Source of the DNA: Pseudidiomarina indica | GTDB lineage: Bacteria; Pseudomonadota; Gammaproteobacteria; Enterobacterales; Alteromonadaceae | Direction of reading: 5' to 3' | NCBI GenBank assembly: GCA_029279945.1 | Contig: JAJUHK010000008.1 | Location: forward strand, 11,212 to 75,211 | Length of the DNA stretch: 64,000 nt | Shown here: one piece after another, positions 1-10,600 of the stretch | Layout: the number at the start of each line of letters is the position of its first letter | Numbering within the stretch: position 1 is the first letter of the stretch | Translations under genes and position numbers: made by a program | Notes under the pieces: generated by a model | What the model saw: only the letters and a program-made list of their open reading frames with translations | What the model was told of the DNA's origin: nothing | The model's database searches: none

Positions 1-86
1 TTGAATTTGGGGGAGTATAGCAAATTCATTGTGGTAAAATCATACGCAGTTGGGCTTAATTACAATTCGCACATAATAAAAACATC

Positions 87-665
87 ATGGCATCACTTTA
101 TTTCACCTATTCGGCAATGAATGCCGGTAAAAGTACCGCACTACTGCAAGTAGCGCACAACTACGAAGAACGCAATCAGCGGGTCTTACTCATGACCCCA
201 GCGATTGATGATCGTGCTGGCTACGGACGAATTGCCTCACGGCTCGGGTTCGGGCGCGAAGCGTTGGCATTTACCCAAGCGACCGACATGGCTGCATTGG
301 TGGAAGCGCGACATCAACGTACGCCGCTAGATTGCGTGCTGATCGATGAAGCGCAGTTTCTAACTGAAGCCCAAGTGTGGCAATTAACCGACGTGGTTGA
401 TCGCCTTGGCGTGCCGGTAATGTGCTATGGAATTCGTAGCGATGCATTTGGCCACGCATTTCCTGGCAGTGCGTTGCTGCTAACCTTAGCTGACAAACTG
501 GTCGAGATGAAAACGATATGCTGTTGTGGTCGTAAAGCCACCATGAACCTGCGGGTTGATGAAAACGGTGAAGCTCTGCGGGCTGGCGATCAGATTGCGA
601 TTGGCGGCAACGAACGCTATGTGTCATGTTGTCGTAAACATTGGAAGGAAGGATTAGGGCGATAA
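87..665 (+). CDS. tdk: Thymidine kinase
   Basis: YSAMNAGKST P-loop, LIDEAQF motif and Zn-binding Cys motifs (ICCCGRKA, YVSCCRKH). Confidence 0.96.
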   Translation: MASLYFTYSAMNAGKSTALLQVAHNYEERNQRVLLMTPAIDDRAGYGRIASRLGFGREALAFTQATDMAALVEARHQRTPLDCVLIDEAQFLTEAQVWQLTDVVDRLGVPVMCYGIRSDAFGHAFPGSALLLTLADKLVEMKTICCCGRKATMNLRVDENGEALRAGDQIAIGGNERYVSCCRKHWKEGLGR

Positions 666-688
666 TCGCGGTTTATCGTGAAAGGCGG

Positions 689-708
689 TATAATAATCGC
701 ACTTTTTT
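689..708 (+). promoter_or_regulatory. Candidate sigma70 -10 and initial transcribed region of pyrC
   Basis: TATAAT at 689-694, followed 7 nt later by ACTTTTTT (701-708). No good -35 is visible. Confidence 0.4.
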
Positions 709-733
709 CCTTCACTGAACACATGAGGTGACT

Positions 734-1774
734 ATGCAGTTGTCTGAGCTGACCCTACCAACCCCCGATGATTGGCATCTGCACGTTCGAGATGGTGATT
801 TACTCGCCACGACGGTGCCGGCAACAGCAGCTGTATTTGGTCGTGCCGTGATCATGCCCAACTTGGTTCCGCCAGTCACGACTGTTGAACAAGCCCTGGC
901 TTATCGCCAACGCATTTTGCGGCAGCGGCCAGCAGACAGCAACTTCATACCACTTATGGCGCTGTATTTAACCCAGAAGACCACCGTTGAAACGGTCGCC
1001 GCTGCAGCTGCTGATTCCGCCATTATCGGCTTTAAACTCTATCCATCAGGTGCCACCACCAACTCTGCTGCGGGCGTCACTGACATTGACGGATTGGATA
1101 ATGTATTTGCGGCGATGGCGCAACTGCAAGTGCCGCTGCTGGTGCACGGTGAAGTGACTTCTGCAGACATCGATATCTTTGATCGGGAGCAAGTATTTAT
1201 CGACCGTCATCTACGACCATTACTGCAGCGGCATCCAGATTTAAAATTGGTGCTAGAGCATATTACCACTGCAGATGCAGTACGTTTTGTTGAGTCACAA
1301 GGGCCAAATGTTGCGGCAACCATAACCCCGCAACACTTGTTAATGAATCGTAACGATTTATTGGTCGGGGGCGTGCGACCGCACAATTATTGTTTACCCA
1401 TTTTGAAACGCCGTGAGCATCAGCTGGAGCTACGCCGTGCCGCTGTATCTGGCAACCCTAAGTTCTTTCTTGGCACAGACTCAGCACCCCACGCTCAGTC
1501 CAAGAAAGAAACCGCATGTGGTTGTGCTGGGTGCTATTCAGCACCGGCTGCGTTGCCATTGTATGCTGAGTTTTTCGAGCAAATGGGTGCTTTAGATAAG
1601 CTCGCAGACTTCGCCAGCAACTTTGGTGCGGATTATTATGGATTGCCGCGTCCCACCAGCACAGTGACCTTAGTGCGAGAACCATGGCAAGTACCTGAAA
1701 TTGTTGAAACTGCGGTTGGCCCAATGGTGCCTTATTGGGCTGGACAGCAATTAAATTGGATGATTAAACAATAA
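734..1774 (+). CDS. pyrC: Dihydroorotase (homodimeric type)
   Basis: DWHLHVRDG, KLYPSGATTNS, LEHITT and FLGTDSAPH motifs. ATG at 734 follows GAGG (the ORF track starts at GTG 728). Confidence 0.96.
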   Translation: MQLSELTLPTPDDWHLHVRDGDLLATTVPATAAVFGRAVIMPNLVPPVTTVEQALAYRQRILRQRPADSNFIPLMALYLTQKTTVETVAAAAADSAIIGFKLYPSGATTNSAAGVTDIDGLDNVFAAMAQLQVPLLVHGEVTSADIDIFDREQVFIDRHLRPLLQRHPDLKLVLEHITTADAVRFVESQGPNVAATITPQHLLMNRNDLLVGGVRPHNYCLPILKRREHQLELRRAAVSGNPKFFLGTDSAPHAQSKKETACGCAGCYSAPAALPLYAEFFEQMGALDKLADFASNFGADYYGLPRPTSTVTLVREPWQVPEIVETAVGPMVPYWAGQQLNWMIKQ

Positions 1775-1797
1775 TTCAACATCTCAATGAACAATTT

Positions 1798-1890
1798 AAC
1801 ATTATAGATATTATGTTTCAGCCATGGTTTTATAATGCCTAAAGCGTCATAATACTTTTTATAATAAAAAGCATACTTTTTTAAAGGATG
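1798..1890 (+). promoter_or_regulatory. AT-rich promoter/operator region of the former msh operon
   Basis: TATAAT at 1831-1836 and 1860-1865; inverted repeat ctttttat-a-ataaaaag at 1855-1871; direct repeat atacttttt at 1852 and 1873; RBS aaagga at 1883-1888. Confidence 0.45.
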
Positions 1891-1895
1891 TAACA

Positions 1896-2090
1896 TTGTT
1901 TAATTGGTGGCGAGCTAAGCAGCAGACGAATGTTGCGTTAGTGTTTGCTTTCACCAAAGAGCAGGTGTCTTTGGTGATTGCGGATGTAACGCACGCAGAA
2001 CCGGCCTTAATTGTTTCAGATCATTGTAGTATTGCCGACGGTCAGTGGACGGTCGGCATTCAAACCCTTGCGCAACGTTATGAGAAACAA
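1896..2090 (+). pseudogene. 5' fragment of an MSHA biogenesis MshI-like gene (ORF runs on to 2168 through antisense mshD sequence)
   Basis: TTG start with RBS; N-terminus MFNWWRAKQQ...WTVGIQTLAQRY resembles MshI N-termini as I recall them; it occupies the first position of the msh block upstream of mreB; only ~65 plausible codons precede the junction. Confidence 0.5.
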
Positions 2091-2490
2091 CTGAAATGGC
2101 TTGACCAAGTGCATCAGACAGCGGAGCGTCGATGCTGTTCAAGCCATGATAATCATCCACATCATTAAAAAGGGCTCTAGTTTCTCCACTATCGGGCCCC
2201 AATGCTGTCGGTTCAGTACAAGCGGGCGCATCAGTTTCACCACAGCGTAGCAACCCTCCAGTGCGATCACTATGCTGATCGAAGGATTTGCTCATGATTT
2301 CCAGCATCAATGCTTGGCCAAGTCCGGCGGCTCGGGTTTGCAGTATGGGTTCGGCACTGCGTTGTGCTTGGGGGAAAAACAGCATGGCAAGCATGACCAC
2401 GGCAAGGCCCAGCACCACCAAGCCAATGATTAATTCGACTAAGGTGAAGCCTTGTTGGGAAGACCTGAATTGTGCACGGGTAATTGGCAT
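2090..2490 (-). pseudogene. mshD: Truncated, inverted MSHA minor pilin MshD-like gene (open frame continues to 1951 through antisense mshI-like sequence)
   Basis: Prepilin site QQG|FTLVELIIG, QAQRSAEP, LGQALMLEIMSKSFD and FNDVDDYHGL motifs. Pilin-like sequence stops after SDALGQAIS. ATG at 2490 has a GGAG RBS; alternative GTG at 2511. Confidence 0.7.
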
Positions 2491-2632
2491 CGAAGGCTCC
2501 GAGAATCGCACGAATGTGCCAGCATAACTATTTTTTATAGCAATGTTTATATACTGTTATTCATAGTAAGATTTATAATGACATGAGCTAAACTGGGCGG
2601 CAAGCTCTACCCGATAGCAGCAAAGGATCATC

Positions 2633-3142
2633 ATGACAGATCGCGCGTCACAAATTGTTAAGATTCAGCAAGGTTTCACCCTTATTGAACTCATTATTGT
2701 TATTGTAGTGGTGGGTATTCTTGCTGTCACCGCAGGCCCTCGAATATTTGGCAAAGCAGGAACAGATGAGGCAGTGGTCGAAGGGCAAGTCCTCAGCTTG
2801 TTACGGTTACAGCAACAACGGGCCCTGCAAGATCCCATCAATCGCTGTTATGGAGTAGCTATTACTGGCGCTGACATCACACCGGTTAATTGTGGTGCGG
2901 TGATTGCTGCAGATCGGATTGTATCATTACCGAGTCACGTCACAGTATCGGTAACCACAACACTGCCAAACGGCGGTACTGGCTTTTATTTTAATGGTTT
3001 GGGCTGCCCTGTTAGCACCGGACATGCAACCAATGCTGAAACTTGTGGTCAATCAAGTGTACAGTTTAGTTTTCAGGGTGTTAGCGTGCGCCAAATTTGT
3101 GTGCAAAGCCAAGGCTATATCCGTACCGGCAGCTGTCCGTAG
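2633..3142 (+). CDS. mshC: MSHA minor pilin MshC-like protein, apparently intact
   Basis: Class III signal QQG|FTLIE, LLRLQQQRALQD..RCY and C-terminal ICVQSQGYIRTGSC; RBS aaagga upstream. Confidence 0.75.
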   Translation: MTDRASQIVKIQQGFTLIELIIVIVVVGILAVTAGPRIFGKAGTDEAVVEGQVLSLLRLQQQRALQDPINRCYGVAITGADITPVNCGAVIAADRIVSLPSHVTVSVTTTLPNGGTGFYFNGLGCPVSTGHATNAETCGQSSVQFSFQGVSVRQICVQSQGYIRTGSCP

Positions 3143-3232
3143 CGTTGGTTTGCTGATTGCTGTTACAAGGCGCTTGCCGCCACGGTAGCAGCTTGGTAAA
3201 GTTACACGGTTTTCAGTTCACATAATTACTAG

Positions 3233-4294
<1,062 letters not shown>

Positions 4295-4302
4295 GTGGGC
4301 CT

Positions 4303-5175
4303 ATGAAATCGTTGTTTGAACGAGGGCCCTCCCTGCTAACACGTTTGGTCTTAGCATTGTTATGTGCGGCCATGTTGATGTTCCTTGACCACCGGCTCAA
4401 TACCATGCAGCCGGTGCGTTCGTTTTTATCGACCTTAGTCACGCCAGTCCAATACCTCGCGGTACTCCCTGAACAAGCACTTGATCGGATCGTGTATTTA
4501 TCAACCACTCGATCGATGCTGCGTGAGCAAAACGAAGCGCTGCGTCAAGAGCTCCAAGAGCTACATATGGCGGTGCAGCGCTTGAATTTTCTCGAGAATG
4601 AAAATGACCGCCTACGGCAGTTGCTCGGTTCTGATGTGCGGCAAGCGAGTCGTCGGATGGCGGCAGAAATTGTAGCCGTTGCGACTGACCCGTTTTCACA
4701 TCAAGTAGTTATCAATAAGGGCTCAGCTAACGGCGTCTATAAAGGTCAGCCAGTACTCGATAATCGGGGTATCCTAGGGCAGGTGATGAGTGTCGGGCAT
4801 ACTACCGCGCGCGTGTTGTTGATTTCAGATCAAAGCCATTCGTTGTCGCTGCGTGCGGAACGCAATGATATTCGCGTGCTGGCGCGTGGCACAGGTGATT
4901 TGCAGCGGCTAGAGTTGATGTTTATCCCACATTCAACAGAGCTGGAAGTGGGCGACAAACTGATGTCATCGGGTTTAGGTGGAGTGTACCCAGAGGGTTA
5001 TCCAGTCGCTGAGATTATCGAAGTGAATCGCGATGAACGCTACCAATATGCACGGGTAACAGCACGCCCATACGCACAACTGGACAGGATTCGAACGGTA
5101 TTGCTGTTGTGGCCACCAAGCGCCGTTGAACAACCGGTGTATGATGACGTCGAGGTGGATGAGAATGTGGATTAA
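4303..5175 (+). CDS. mreC: Rod shape-determining protein MreC
   Basis: N-terminal TM, coiled coil (ENENDRLRQLL), LMSSGLGGVYPEGYPVA; follows mreB. Confidence 0.95.
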   Translation: MKSLFERGPSLLTRLVLALLCAAMLMFLDHRLNTMQPVRSFLSTLVTPVQYLAVLPEQALDRIVYLSTTRSMLREQNEALRQELQELHMAVQRLNFLENENDRLRQLLGSDVRQASRRMAAEIVAVATDPFSHQVVINKGSANGVYKGQPVLDNRGILGQVMSVGHTTARVLLISDQSHSLSLRAERNDIRVLARGTGDLQRLELMFIPHSTELEVGDKLMSSGLGGVYPEGYPVAEIIEVNRDERYQYARVTARPYAQLDRIRTVLLLWPPSAVEQPVYDDVEVDENVD

Positions 5176-5650
5176 ATCTGGGTTAATCCCTTTGTTAGCG
5201 ACTTATTTGGCGGCCTTGGTATTAATGGTCATGCCGATGCCGGCGTTTTTAGAAGCATGGCGCCCCGATTGGTTGAGTTTGGTGATTTTGTATTGGGTCA
5301 TTGCTTTGCCGCACCGGGTCGGTATGGGAAGCGTGTTGGTGTTAGGGCTAGTGGCAGATATTTTGATGGGTACGGTGTTTGGGATTTATGCCACTGCATT
5401 GCTCATCATGGCCTATCCAGCTATTCGCCACTTTCACCGTATTCGGAATTACTCGTTTACTCAGCAAGCGTTGATTATTGGCGTATTAATTCTAATAAAG
5501 CGCGTGATTGTGTATGAGCTGGAGCACGTGCTCAATGGTGCAGTGTTCCATTTGCCCTATTTATATCCAGTCATTTCGTCAGCGATTGCATGGCCGTGGG
5601 TTTTTTTAATTTTGCGCAAGTATCGGAGGCATTACCTTGTCCGTGAGTGA
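5165..5650 (+). CDS. mreD: Rod shape-determining protein MreD
   Basis: Hydrophobic protein with RPDW..LVILYWVIALPHRVG; probable ATG at 5165. Confidence 0.93.
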   Translation: MWIKSGLIPLLATYLAALVLMVMPMPAFLEAWRPDWLSLVILYWVIALPHRVGMGSVLVLGLVADILMGTVFGIYATALLIMAYPAIRHFHRIRNYSFTQQALIIGVLILIKRVIVYELEHVLNGAVFHLPYLYPVISSAIAWPWVFLILRKYRRHYLVRE

Positions 5651-6206
5651 GTTGGTGTTAGCCTCGGGCTCACCACGTCGCAAAGAGTTGCTGCAGTTAC
5701 TCGATCGTCCCTTCACCGTGGTGCAACCTGATGTTCCAGAACAGCGTTTCGAGCAGGAAGCGCCCGCTGACTATGTGCAGCGCTTGGCCTTGAGTAAAGC
5801 ACGTGCTGGTGCCACCATGGTAGGGGCGCAGTGTACGGTGTTAGGTGCCGATACCATTGTAGTATTCACTGATAACGTGCTAGAGAAGCCTCGTGACTAT
5901 GCCGATTATGTGCGTATGATGCGACAATTATCTGGCCACACGCATCATGTGATGACCGCTGTCGCCGCCGTGAAAGGGGGCCAAGAAGAATGTATCTTAA
6001 GTGGTGCAGAAGTGAGTTTTAAAGCGCTCACAGAGGCTGAAATTGAGCAATACTGGCACACGAAGGAACCCATTGATAAGGCAGGTGGCTACGGCATTCA
6101 AGGACGCGCGGCAAAATTTGTAACAGGTATTGTGGGCAGCTATTGGGCCGTTGTCGGACTCCCTATTTATGAAACCGAGCAGTTAATTCAAACGATTGAG
6201 GGGTAG
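5643..6206 (+). CDS. maf: Maf/YhdE nucleoside triphosphate pyrophosphatase
   Basis: LVLASGSPRRKELL, GADTIVV and DKAGGYGIQG motifs. Confidence 0.94.
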   Translation: MSELVLASGSPRRKELLQLLDRPFTVVQPDVPEQRFEQEAPADYVQRLALSKARAGATMVGAQCTVLGADTIVVFTDNVLEKPRDYADYVRMMRQLSGHTHHVMTAVAAVKGGQEECILSGAEVSFKALTEAEIEQYWHTKEPIDKAGGYGIQGRAAKFVTGIVGSYWAVVGLPIYETEQLIQTIEG

Positions 6207-6208
6207 GC

Positions 6209-7678
6209 ATGAGCGCAGAAATATTAATGAACGTCACCCCAACAGAAACTCGGGTGGCACTGATTGAAAATGGAATTTTGCAGGAAGTCCATATTGAGCG
6301 CCAAGCCAAACGTGGGCTGGTGGGCAATATCTATGTCGGTAAAGTATCGCGCGTGTTACCTGGTATGCAGGCTGCGTTTGTCGATATCGGACTGGAGAAA
6401 GCTGCTTTCTTACACGCTTCAGATATAGTCAACCAAATCGAACAAGCTGAAGGCTTAGCCCGCGGCACTATGCCCGTAGCCGATATCGGCCAGCTGGTGC
6501 GGCCGGGCCAACATATTTTGGTACAAGTCGTCAAAGATCCCTTGGGGACGAAAGGTGCTCGCTTAACCACTGATATTACCATTCCTTCACGCTACATGGT
6601 GCTGATGCCGCAATCTCCTCATGTGGGTATTTCCCAACGTATTGAAGACGAGCAAGAGCGCAACCGTTTAAAACAGGCAGCGCTACCATACTGTGATGAC
6701 GAAGGTGGTTTTATTGTGCGGACCGCTGCCGAAGGTGCTAGTACCGACGAATTGCAGCGTGATGCCAAGTTCCTGCGGCGCTTATGGGACATGATCCAAA
6801 AGCGGCGTAAAGCGATGCGCAAAATTGGTTTGGTGTACGAAGATCTCAATTTATCCTGTCGTATATTGCGTGATTTTGTTGGGGAAGAGATTGAACGGAT
6901 CCGCGTCGACTCGCGCGTTACTTATGATTTATTGAAAGAGTTCGTGAAAGAGTTTATTCCTGAACTAGACCCTGTATTGGAATACTACGTTGGTGAACGT
7001 CCGATTTTTGATTTGTTCGATGTGGAAAATGAAATCCAGCGTGCATTAGAGCGTAAAGTAGATTTGAAGTCGGGCGGCTCTATCATCATCGATCAGACCG
7101 AGGCCATGACTACCATTGATATCAATACTGGTGGTTTTGTTGGCCATCGTAATTTGGAAGAAACCATTTTCAATACCAATATTGAAGCGACTCAAGCGAT
7201 AGCTCGACAGCTGCGGTTACGTAACTTAGGCGGCATTATCATTATCGATTTTATCGATATGCAAAACCCCGATCACCGCCGCCGAGTGTTGCACAGTTTA
7301 GAGCAAGCGCTGGCCAAAGACCGTGCGAAAACCTCTATTAACGGCTTTACTACCCTAGGCCTGGTCGAAATGACCCGCAAACGGACTCGTGAAAGTCTCG
7401 AACATGTACTGTGCTCGGAGTGTCCAGTTTGTCTTGGCCGTGGCTCGCTGAAGACTGCTGAAACCGTGTGTTATGAAGTCATGCGAGAAATTGTCCGCGT
7501 AAACCGTGCGTATGCGGCCGACCACTTTATGGTGTACGTCTCACCGGCTGTGGCAGATATGCTGTTAAATGAAGAATCTCATGCGTTGGCAGAACTGGAG
7601 GTTTTTGTTGGCAAACAAGTTCGCGTGTTTGCTGAGCCGATGTACAACCAAGAACAATTTGATGTGGTTATGATGTAA
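6209..7678 (+). CDS. rng: Ribonuclease G
   Basis: GNIYVGKVSRVLPGMQAAFVDIG S1 domain and IDINTG catalytic region; 489 aa. Confidence 0.96.
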   Translation: MSAEILMNVTPTETRVALIENGILQEVHIERQAKRGLVGNIYVGKVSRVLPGMQAAFVDIGLEKAAFLHASDIVNQIEQAEGLARGTMPVADIGQLVRPGQHILVQVVKDPLGTKGARLTTDITIPSRYMVLMPQSPHVGISQRIEDEQERNRLKQAALPYCDDEGGFIVRTAAEGASTDELQRDAKFLRRLWDMIQKRRKAMRKIGLVYEDLNLSCRILRDFVGEEIERIRVDSRVTYDLLKEFVKEFIPELDPVLEYYVGERPIFDLFDVENEIQRALERKVDLKSGGSIIIDQTEAMTTIDINTGGFVGHRNLEETIFNTNIEATQAIARQLRLRNLGGIIIIDFIDMQNPDHRRRVLHSLEQALAKDRAKTSINGFTTLGLVEMTRKRTRESLEHVLCSECPVCLGRGSLKTAETVCYEVMREIVRVNRAYAADHFMVYVSPAVADMLLNEESHALAELEVFVGKQVRVFAEPMYNQEQFDVVMM

Positions 7679-10600
7679 TGACAGTTCGTAACGTCGGCCG
7701 CTGGCTATGGCGCTCATTGCTATATACCTTGGCAATTGTCTTGGTCTTATTCGCACTTTTGCTGAGTGCGCTGCGCTACCTATTGCCACAAATGCCTGAT
7801 GTGACGAAGCAGGTGGAGCAGTTTCTGGCTACTAATTATGCTCTAGACGTGCAGCTGGCACAGATTAGTGCCGACTGGACCCGCAGCGGACCTGAACTGA
7901 TCTTACATGATTTTGTGTTGCTCACTGACGCGAGTAAAGCCACGCGCATCGATATTGCGGAAACGCGGATGGTGATCGACTTCTGGGCCAGTGCACGTGC
8001 ACTTAATGTACAAATTGAACAGATTCAGCTCACCGGTATGCGCGTACATTACGATTTACGTGATAGTTACGGTGACTCTGCAGGTAGCTCATGGAAGTTG
8101 CCGACCAAGCTAGGTGACTTACTGCTTGAGCAACTCGATAACATTGAAGTGCGCGAAAGTGTCCTTGAATTAGTGAATTTAATGGGCGTGACGCGCACCA
8201 TTGATATTCAAGAACTACGTTGGGCGAATCAGGGGCAACGCCACTATGGCGTCGGTAAGCTGTTATTCTCAGAAGTAACCGATAACACACTTGATGTCAT
8301 GATTGACATGCATGGCAACAACATTCACGCACTCAGTGGCCAAGTTTATGTGGCTGCGAATCACTTGGATATTACGCCATGGGTTCAACAACAAATTATC
8401 GATACGCAAATCCAATCTGCTACGTTCAACTATACCCTGTGGCTTAACTTTCAACAGAACCAGTTTACAGATGGCTTATTACAGTTGGGTGAACAAAAGC
8501 TGCAGTGGCAGGTGGGTGATCGGACACATCAGCTTCGCATTCCCCACGGCGAGTTAAAATTGCGACCCTATGCTGACGGCTGGCGCGTCAACTCGAACCC
8601 GCTAACCATTGAACACAATGACCGTAGCTGGGTATTGCCAACCTTTAGTTGGGAACAAACAACCACCACCACAGCAATGAGTATGGAAGGAATGCCATTG
8701 CCACCGTTGGTGGAATTATTAAATCTGTTGGGTAGTCGTGGTGCGAGCGTGGTGGAGCAGTTCACCGAACGTGATACCCAAGGTGTACTGGATGTTGCAT
8801 TTTATCATCACGTTGAGCATGGTGCACGTTGGTACGCCAGCGGTGAACAGCTCAGTTGGGGTGAATTTGCCGGCGTTCCGGGCTTGAGTAATGTGAGCTT
8901 ACAAGTGCAAGGTCGGGGCCAACAGGTCACGTGGACATTGCAGGGTAAAGAGGCTGCATTTCAAAGCACGGCGCTTGATTACGATGATGTGTGGTCGATC
9001 AGTGAGCTATCGGTGCATGGCACCTTCCACTGGGATGCTGAAGGCTGGCGATTGCACGTCGCGCCGACTAGTGAAATTCACCTGGTTGGTTTTCCCATTG
9101 GTCTTGCGGCAACCATCACGCCGTCGCCTGAATCGGTGTATGTGGACGCAGTAGCACGCAGCTTAAATGAAACTTCCATTCCGGTAGATGTGTTGCGCCG
9201 CCATCTGCCCATTGTGATGGGTGATAATCTACACGAGTATTTAACGGTTGCTATCCAAGACGGTTATGCCTCTGATCTAGCAATGGTCTGGCGCGGTGCG
9301 GTGGAAGATTTCCCGTATCATAATAACGAAGGCTTGTTTGAGGCTCGCGCCCGTATTTCAGGAGTGTTGTTTAAATTTCAACCTAATTGGCGTCCCGTCT
9401 ATGATGCAACAGCCGTGGTTAATTTCCGTAACGAGCGGATGCACATTACCGCCACAGATGGTTTGCTTGGTCTGATTGATGTCCAACGCGCCGATGTGGT
9501 GATCCCGAATTTAACGGAGGAGCTTAACGCCCGTTTAGAAATAACTGCACAGATTGCTGGAAATGCGAATGAGCTTAAACCATTGTTCGATGACAGCCCG
9601 CTAGCGGACAGTTTAGGCGCCACGCTTGCCGATGTGCAACTTAGTGGACCGGTTACTGGCTATTTAGATTTACTGATCCCATTAACTGACGAACCTGATG
9701 TGGTTGCGCAAGGCTATGCCGATTTAGCTGATGCCGAAATTTATGTACGTAGTATAAAAGAGAATTTTACCAACGTACATGGGCGGATAAATTATCGCAA
9801 TGATGTCATTACAGCACCGGCATTAACGATGCAATGGCATGGCTTCCCAATCCAAGCGGAACTAGCCACACGGCAACGTGAACATGATTATTTTGCGGAC
9901 CTACAACTGCACGGGGATTGGCAGCTGACAGAATTTGCGCCAGTGTTAGCCGGTAGCATGCCGTGGCAGGCTGATTTTAATCTTAGTATACCAACCCAAG
10001 GTGGTTATTCATTTCGTTGGCATCAATCCGCTAAGCTTGATGATGTAAGTATTCACTTACCCGAACCGCTTGGTAAATCAGTAGGTGCCGAACAACAGTT
10101 AGAATTAACCGTATCTGGTGATCCCGACAGTATTCTGGTCAATGCGGAAGTCGCTGACACTGTCTTGCTTGAGCTGCAGTTAAACGGTGACCTGAGTGAG
10201 TTACAAAGTGGGTATGCGCGGCTTGGACACGTACTCCAACATACGCCAGCAATGAACGCACTCAGGCCTAGGGCTAATTTTAGTATCGATGCCAGCTTGG
10301 TAGAAAGTGATATTGGTACCTGGGTAAATGCCATCGAGCAACTATCCGCTATGCTGCCAGCAGGTACAGGAGAAAGTGACTTTGTCCAAGTGCTTAAGCC
10401 TGATTTTATCCAGTTCTATAGCCCACAACTACATTGGCAGCAGTTGGTGTTAAACGATGTATGGGCGGTGGCATGGCCAGAGCAGCAGGATTGGCGCATT
10501 CGGGTCGACGCGAAACAAATGCTCGCCGATGGGCATTGGCAAGCGGCCACCGCGGAACAAGCCGAACGCCTGCAAATCAGCGCTGAGTATATTGATATTC

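Noticed and set aside
2508-2521. sigma54-like TGGCAC...TGC upstream of mshD (minus strand)
   Set aside because: Spacing is GG-N9-GC rather than the strict GG-N10-GC.
2089-3218. 8-bp inverted match aactgaaa (2089-2096) / tttcagtt (3211-3218) as ends of a phase-variable invertible msh segment
   Set aside because: The match does not extend beyond 8 bp, there is no recombinase nearby, and flipping this segment would not restore the msh gene order or reading frames.
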